A stretch of DNA of 64,000 nt from an uncultured Bacteriovoracaceae bacterium (GTDB taxonomy: Bacteria > Bdellovibrionota > Bacteriovoracia > Bacteriovoracales > Bacteriovoracaceae): positions 1-64,000 of the forward strand of contig CAXGUD010000005.1 in NCBI GenBank assembly GCA_964012805.1, written 5' to 3'. Below the pieces are notes generated by a model that saw nothing but the letters and a program-made list of their open reading frames with translations, had not been told where the DNA came from and made no database searches. Numbering within the stretch: position 1 is the stretch's first letter; each line of letters begins with the position of its first letter. This document shows, one piece after another, positions 58,727 to 64,000 of the stretch. The translations under genes and the position numbers were made by a program.

Positions 58727-59713
58727 ATGGATAAATTTCAAGCTTTTAGATGCTTTAAAGAAGACAAAAAAATCTATGGGAAACTAACCGAAATAACTCT
58801 CGAAGATTTGGATAAAGGCGATCTTATCGTTGAAGCCAAATACTCGAGTGTCAATTTTAAAGATGCGTTAGGGGCAACTGGAAAAGGACATATTTTTAAA
58901 AAATGGCCTATTAATGGGGGCATCGACGTTTCTGGGATAGTCCTTGAATCAAAATCTCCCTCATTTAAAAAAGGTGATTTAGTTCTTGTAACAGGTTGTG
59001 GCCTGGGTGAAGCCCATGATGGAGGCTATTCAAAGTTTGTCCGAATTTCCTCTGAATGGGCGATACCAATCCCAAAAAACCTCTCGTTAGAGGAGTCCAT
59101 GATCTTTGGTACTGCTGGATTTACAGCAGGTATTTGCCTCCACAGGATGGAAGTTAATGATCAAACACCAGAGAAGGGGCCGATTGCAGTGACAGGCGCA
59201 AGTGGAGGCGTTGGTAGTTTTGGAGTTATGATGATGGCCAAAAAAGGATATGAAGTGGTTGCTATTTCTGGAAAAGAATCATCCCATGACTACCTAAAAC
59301 AGCTTGGAGCTTCTAAAGTTGTCTCACTCGAAAAGTTAGAATTAGGATCAAGACCTTTAGAAAAAGGAAAGTTTGGTGGGGCCATAGACAATCTTGGCGG
59401 AGAAGCATTGGCAAAATTGCTGGCCCATATTAGCCCATGGGGGAATGTAGCAAGTGTTGGATTAGCCGCCCACCATGGACTTCAATCAACTGTTATGCCC
59501 TTCATACTAAGAGGAGTCAGTATGCTGGGAATCAGCTCAGCAAATTGCCCCATGGATCTAAGAAAAAAGATTTGGGATAGAATAGCTTCAGAATTAAAAC
59601 CAGAAACAATATCTAATATGGTTCATAAAAAAATTAAGCTAGAGGATCTTCCAACAGCATTTGAAGATATTCTTAACCGTAAAGTTCAAGGTAGAATCAT
59701 TGTAGAAATCTGA
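58727..59713 (+). CDS. yhdH: YhdH/AcuI family (acryloyl-CoA reductase-like) oxidoreductase
   Basis: YSSVNFKD, GTAGFTA, VTGASGGVG, PFILRGV. Confidence 0.9.
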   Translation: MDKFQAFRCFKEDKKIYGKLTEITLEDLDKGDLIVEAKYSSVNFKDALGATGKGHIFKKWPINGGIDVSGIVLESKSPSFKKGDLVLVTGCGLGEAHDGGYSKFVRISSEWAIPIPKNLSLEESMIFGTAGFTAGICLHRMEVNDQTPEKGPIAVTGASGGVGSFGVMMMAKKGYEVVAISGKESSHDYLKQLGASKVVSLEKLELGSRPLEKGKFGGAIDNLGGEALAKLLAHISPWGNVASVGLAAHHGLQSTVMPFILRGVSMLGISSANCPMDLRKKIWDRIASELKPETISNMVHKKIKLEDLPTAFEDILNRKVQGRIIVEI

Positions 59714-60538
59714 TTAGCCCTTTCTAAGAAGCACAAGGTTTTTCTTCTTTCTTAAAATATTGAATAAAGGGGTTTTAAAAACCTGGTGCCTGAATCCATC
59801 CATAAAACCTAAACTATCTTTAATTTTCAACCTGGGCTCGTATTTACAAAACTCTTCCGGAGAAGATGCCCCCCATGTAAAGTTGACATCAAATTGCTCC
59901 ATAACCGGCATCATCCACTCTTTTTTTATTAAAAAAGGAGACATAAAATCCAAAATAAGAGAGTAATGTGAAAAATATTTATTTAAAATTGAAAAAAACT
60001 TTTTAATCTTTTCCTCATCGAGATACATTGTTAATCCTTCAATAATGATAATAGGATCATTGACTCCTTTAAAATTTAATGGCCAAGACTCATCTAGAAT
60101 ATCAAAGGCGGTCATCTTATTTTCTAAACTCTCCTCAAAAAAAAGCTTCCTCACTTCAATGACTTGGGGAAGATCACAATCAAACCATTTTTGAAATTGA
60201 AATTTTTCCCTCATTCTTTCAAAGCGCGTGTCAAGACCACAGGCCAGGTTAATAACTGTAGAACCCTCTTCTCTTTCCAGAATCTCTTTTTTTAGTAAGT
60301 AATCAATCCCCTTCGTCCGCAAGATAATTCCTTTTTTTAAAAGAAAAAAAAGATGTGTTTTTTTTATAGGGTCATTTATCAATCTATAAATAGTTTCAAT
60401 ATATGAGTCAGAATAGGAAAGACTGGGGTCAATTGATGCTTCGAATTTTGCTTTTAAAGTTAAAAGAAGAGTTTTTGGAACCTTCTCCAAATGAGTCACA
60501 TCAACTTTATTTTTATTCTCCGATTTTAACGGTGCCAT
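59714..60538 (-). CDS. Class I SAM-dependent methyltransferase (leucine carboxyl methyltransferase / YktD-like)
   Basis: TLLLTL, NLACGLDTR, DLPQVI, EGLTMYL. Confidence 0.88.
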   Translation of the reverse strand: MAPLKSENKNKVDVTHLEKVPKTLLLTLKAKFEASIDPSLSYSDSYIETIYRLINDPIKKTHLFFLLKKGIILRTKGIDYLLKKEILEREEGSTVINLACGLDTRFERMREKFQFQKWFDCDLPQVIEVRKLFFEESLENKMTAFDILDESWPLNFKGVNDPIIIIEGLTMYLDEEKIKKFFSILNKYFSHYSLILDFMSPFLIKKEWMMPVMEQFDVNFTWGASSPEEFCKYEPRLKIKDSLGFMDGFRHQVFKTPLFNILRKKKNLVLLRKG

Positions 60539-60581
60539 TACCTCTTAATCGGAGAATGCAAAATAAAGTTTATAAACAGAT

Positions 60582-61502
60582 TTAATTTTTAGAAGAACAC
60601 TTACTCCAAGAAATATTTTTGTCTTTGTCATTATCAATGATTTGACTAATATGCTTAGCAGTGATGTCCGAACGATCTAACCTTTTCTCATTAGGGTTTG
60701 AATCATACTTTTCTGGAACCGGGTCATCATCAACAATAACATTATGATCAGCTGGCTCCATAATAGGCTTATTCAAAGTGACGTGAGTCAAAGTAGGAAG
60801 ATCCATCCTTTTAAATATTTCATCTACAGTCTTTTGGATAAGTGACTCGTCAGTTACTCCATTTAATGTCTTATAGCGAGGTCCTTTTCTTAAGTTTCCT
60901 CTTTTTTTAGGCTCTAAAATTTGATCAACTAAACCTAATTCTTTGACTTCCTCTGCGCTCATGAAAACGTCTCTTGAAGAACGAAGAAGGCTTTTCCAAA
61001 AATCGAGTGGCATTCTTGTATTTTTCGATAAAATTTTAGCAAAAGTATTAGATATCCAATCCAGCTCAGTAGATTCCATTTTTATATCTGTTGTAGATCC
61101 CGATATCTCTTCTGTTTTAGCAGCATGACACATAAATCTTGTATGGGGTAAACACTGCCTGATATCACCTGCACTAAAAATAATAAAGCCTGCGCTCATT
61201 ATAGGACCGGAAGCAATAATTTTGATTTGACAGGTTGAAGACTCCAAACGGTCTATAATTTTTAGCGCAGAGTAAACACAACCTCCAAAAGTGGAAAGGT
61301 GGACTTCAATAGGCTTTCTTGAAAACTCATCTTCCATTCTATCCAAAACTCTACTGAACATTTCGGCACTCTCTGGGCTTATCTCACCTATTTGAGAATC
61401 CGCAGAAAGGCAGTTAACAGGCGTTCCCAGATAAACGCGCCTTTGTTTAAGGTCGTAGCCAAATACGACAAGTTCATCGACAGGAGTTTTTTTGATCGGC
61501 AT
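60582..61502 (-). CDS. ClpP-family protease with C-terminal extension (ORF track start 61580; likely start ATG 61502)
   Basis: STFGG, MSAG (Ser), FMCH (His), RDVFMSAEE..LGLVD (Asp); GGAGG SD before ATG 61502. Confidence 0.85.
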   Translation of the reverse strand: MPIKKTPVDELVVFGYDLKQRRVYLGTPVNCLSADSQIGEISPESAEMFSRVLDRMEDEFSRKPIEVHLSTFGGCVYSALKIIDRLESSTCQIKIIASGPIMSAGFIIFSAGDIRQCLPHTRFMCHAAKTEEISGSTTDIKMESTELDWISNTFAKILSKNTRMPLDFWKSLLRSSRDVFMSAEEVKELGLVDQILEPKKRGNLRKGPRYKTLNGVTDESLIQKTVDEIFKRMDLPTLTHVTLNKPIMEPADHNVIVDDDPVPEKYDSNPNEKRLDRSDITAKHISQIIDNDKDKNISWSKCSSKN

Positions 61503-61750
61503 TTTTTCCTCCTTTATTTTGACTGTTAGAAGTGCAAATGGACCACAAGACCCCCTGTTTATAGGCCTGCTGAAGGCCAAAAGGAATGACCTTTAGCATT
61601 ACAAAATTCAAATTTGACATATTTTTGGAGACTTAGATTTTGGCCAATTTTTGAAAAAACGTTGTCTAAACGGAACAACACAACAAGTCATTTAGACCCA
61701 CCTTCCCATTCCATAATTTCTTAAGATGGAAAGACAGGTCCAAAATTGGC

Positions 61751-63637
61751 CTAGTAAATGGCAATATCTTTTTTAATAGGAACTAATGAAGTTCCGGAGA
61801 TTTTTAGGTTCATCATGGTCGCAGGACTTTTTGCAGAATCACCCTTCACGTCTTTTGTTAAGAACAGAATTGTTTTAAAGGTAAACCGGTTTTTAATTAA
61901 CCCCTCTCCAAATTTAGCAAAGGATTTAACAAAGGACTTATAATCTAGCTTATTTTTATGCTGATACATTTCTCTTAATCCATTATAGGCTTTTTCCATG
62001 GCCTGTTTCGTTTGAGTTGTCTTCTTTTTTTGACAAGTCAATCTTCTATTCATGCATACATCTAGGTATTTCCAATCTCCATCAAAAAACTGCTTAGCAT
62101 CGGTCATCCCTAAATTAACAAACTGATTCTTAGATAATTTTTGCGCCATATTCATCAAGTGATCTGTAGCAAGGTTTGATATTCTTAAATCCAACTCAAT
62201 TTGAATAGTCCCTAACTTAATTTTATCGGGAATATTTATTTTAAGTTGGTTCTGAAAACCAATTTTTCTCTCTAGATACTTAAGTTCTTTTTTCAGCTTT
62301 TTTCCATCAACCTTGTTTCTGATATAAACGTATTTGTAACTTCCAGAATATCTCCTCATCACAGGATCATTTGAATTAGGGTCTATTGGAGCGACTTTTT
62401 GATAATTGCCGCTAAACATTCTTGTTCTTTGAGCATTTTTACTAAGCCATCCACCTGTTTCATACTCTTTATTATAAACTCCAAGCAATGTTGTTCCTAT
62501 AGTGTCTTCATCGAGGTGTTTACTATTTGAAACAGAAAAACTCTGACCTTTGCTGTAATTGGAACTAATTAAAAAAGGAATGCTTACGCCAACCGATTTA
62601 GATCTTGTTTTAGTTTTCGTTTTTGTTTCATCAATTTGCCGAATTCCAAAAGATTTAGCATTACCTAGAGCTGCAGCAACATTAGCAGGGACCAGGTTTC
62701 CCGCTAAAAATTCCTTATAAATACTTAATGCATCTAGATCGACCGTGATGCCTTCCCAAGGCTTCATTCCCTTTGCAGGAAAAAACTTAACTTTCGCCTT
62801 CTTTTTCGCATCTAAATCAAAATGATAGGTCCAACTTTTGGCCTTATCAACCATCTTAGAATAAGCAGCTCCTGCGACCATAACAGAGGCATTAACATTC
62901 CAACCCTTTCCCTTGGCCCTCTCCATCGTAACTTCTACATCATAGGGTGCTTTTGATTTATCTAATTTTTTTACACCAATATTAAAAGTACTCGACCCCA
63001 TAAGAGTTGCCCCAACTGCTGCTGGGCCAAATCCAGCTCCTGCAGCAAAAGCAATATCCTTAGTGGAAGTCCAGCTTAAAAAATCTTCTTCATGCCATTT
63101 ACTTAAATCTTGTTTACTTCTTGGTATTTTTGGCTTTGGAAGGTTTTTAGCATTTCTAAAGTCCTTAATCCAACGGCTGGCAACAATATTCCTCCCATAT
63201 GTTCCCGTAAGAGTTAAAGTCGCAGCCGGAAGTAACATACCACTTCCAAAAATGGCACTCGTTAACCCACCTCCTATATTCCAGTTTTTATGCTGGATTA
63301 CTCTATAGCCTGCTCTATTATTTTTTAACCTCATAACTCCATCAGCGTCCCTAACCATATTTTCTGGCTTCAAGGCTTCTGGTTTTGGGTCAACAGCAAT
63401 AATCCTTTTAAAAATATTGAGTGAGCCAGTCACGTTGGGCCATACACCAAAGCCGTGCGTCCCCATCATACTGTCAGTCTTTTCCAAAGGAAAAGGAAAA
63501 TTGTGAGTTAAGGACCCATCTGGCTGAATAACAATTTGAGCTGGAAGCCAGAAATCAGCACTAAAAGATTTAACTGAAAGTAAAAGAAAACTCGTTAGAG
63601 CTACAATGAACTTCTTTAGAAAAGGTTTCTTCGTCAT
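61751..63637 (-). CDS. Large secreted hypothetical protein
   Basis: Signal peptide ending SFSA, beta-strand-rich central part, helical C-terminus. Confidence 0.8.
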   Translation of the reverse strand: MTKKPFLKKFIVALTSFLLLSVKSFSADFWLPAQIVIQPDGSLTHNFPFPLEKTDSMMGTHGFGVWPNVTGSLNIFKRIIAVDPKPEALKPENMVRDADGVMRLKNNRAGYRVIQHKNWNIGGGLTSAIFGSGMLLPAATLTLTGTYGRNIVASRWIKDFRNAKNLPKPKIPRSKQDLSKWHEEDFLSWTSTKDIAFAAGAGFGPAAVGATLMGSSTFNIGVKKLDKSKAPYDVEVTMERAKGKGWNVNASVMVAGAAYSKMVDKAKSWTYHFDLDAKKKAKVKFFPAKGMKPWEGITVDLDALSIYKEFLAGNLVPANVAAALGNAKSFGIRQIDETKTKTKTRSKSVGVSIPFLISSNYSKGQSFSVSNSKHLDEDTIGTTLLGVYNKEYETGGWLSKNAQRTRMFSGNYQKVAPIDPNSNDPVMRRYSGSYKYVYIRNKVDGKKLKKELKYLERKIGFQNQLKINIPDKIKLGTIQIELDLRISNLATDHLMNMAQKLSKNQFVNLGMTDAKQFFDGDWKYLDVCMNRRLTCQKKKTTQTKQAMEKAYNGLREMYQHKNKLDYKSFVKSFAKFGEGLIKNRFTFKTILFLTKDVKGDSAKSPATMMNLKISGTSLVPIKKDIAIY

Positions 63638-64000
63638 TTTTCAACACCTCAGAAATATGGCAAAAAGTATATAAATTGAATTCCTAGGATCTTGGTCGGT
63701 TTTTTCTTAAAAAAAATTAAATAATAAAACAAAGTATTCATTTTTTTTATTTGATTAGTGAAAAAAAAATTTAAGGATAAAAAAAACATATAAATTTTGT
63801 CTAAATTCTTTTTAAAAAAAATATATTGAGTTTTATCTCTTTAAATGAAAAAATTATCATCTTAAAAAACCTAATTAACTAAACAGTTAGTTAAATAAAA
63901 ATTTAAACGTCATTTGACAATGCGCTACTAAGGCTTATTGATATGTATTTAACAGTTTTAATTTTCTTAATAATTCACTGGTATCTATCTCTTTTTTGCC

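Noticed and set aside
9628..63308. Remaining short ORFs nested in or antisense to well-supported genes (e.g. 11435, 18095, 28552, 34029, 42316, 46745, 63063)
   Set aside because: Overlap motif-bearing CDSs and have no recognisable features
63638..64000. Very AT-rich intergenic stretch as replication origin or ncRNA
   Set aside because: No DnaA-box cluster or stable structure recognised; likely a promoter region truncated by the window edge

Overview
AT-rich bacterial chromosomal window. Gene content (receiver/kinase mosaics, secreted hypotheticals, large Ig/cadherin-repeat protein) suggests a Bdellovibrionota-like organism, which is inference only. The ORF track misses the largest gene: a >3011-codon minus-strand ORF (9033 running off position 1) with an N-terminal hydrophobic segment, a long K/E coiled coil and about 20 tandem Cys-pair cadherin/Ig-like domains arranged in an A-B-C higher-order repeat. 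The gene just upstream carries one copy of the same domain. The middle of the window is mostly housekeeping and lipid metabolism: M23 peptidase, rhomboid, moeA-moaA-moaC-mobA-moaD-moaE, topB, tpx, CDF, EVE-amrB/amrS. A visibly more AT-rich block at about 40.3-57.3 kb holds an unusual enzyme cluster: stand-alone HxxxDG acyltransferase, P450, enolase-superfamily enzyme, BASS transporter, YUCCA-like FMO, sterol-desaturase::GH3 fusion and an orphan RND pump, bracketed by two sensor kinases. It is a candidate undescribed acyl-amide/lipid signal or conjugation system. No rRNA, tRNA, CRISPR array or mobile-element gene was recognised.
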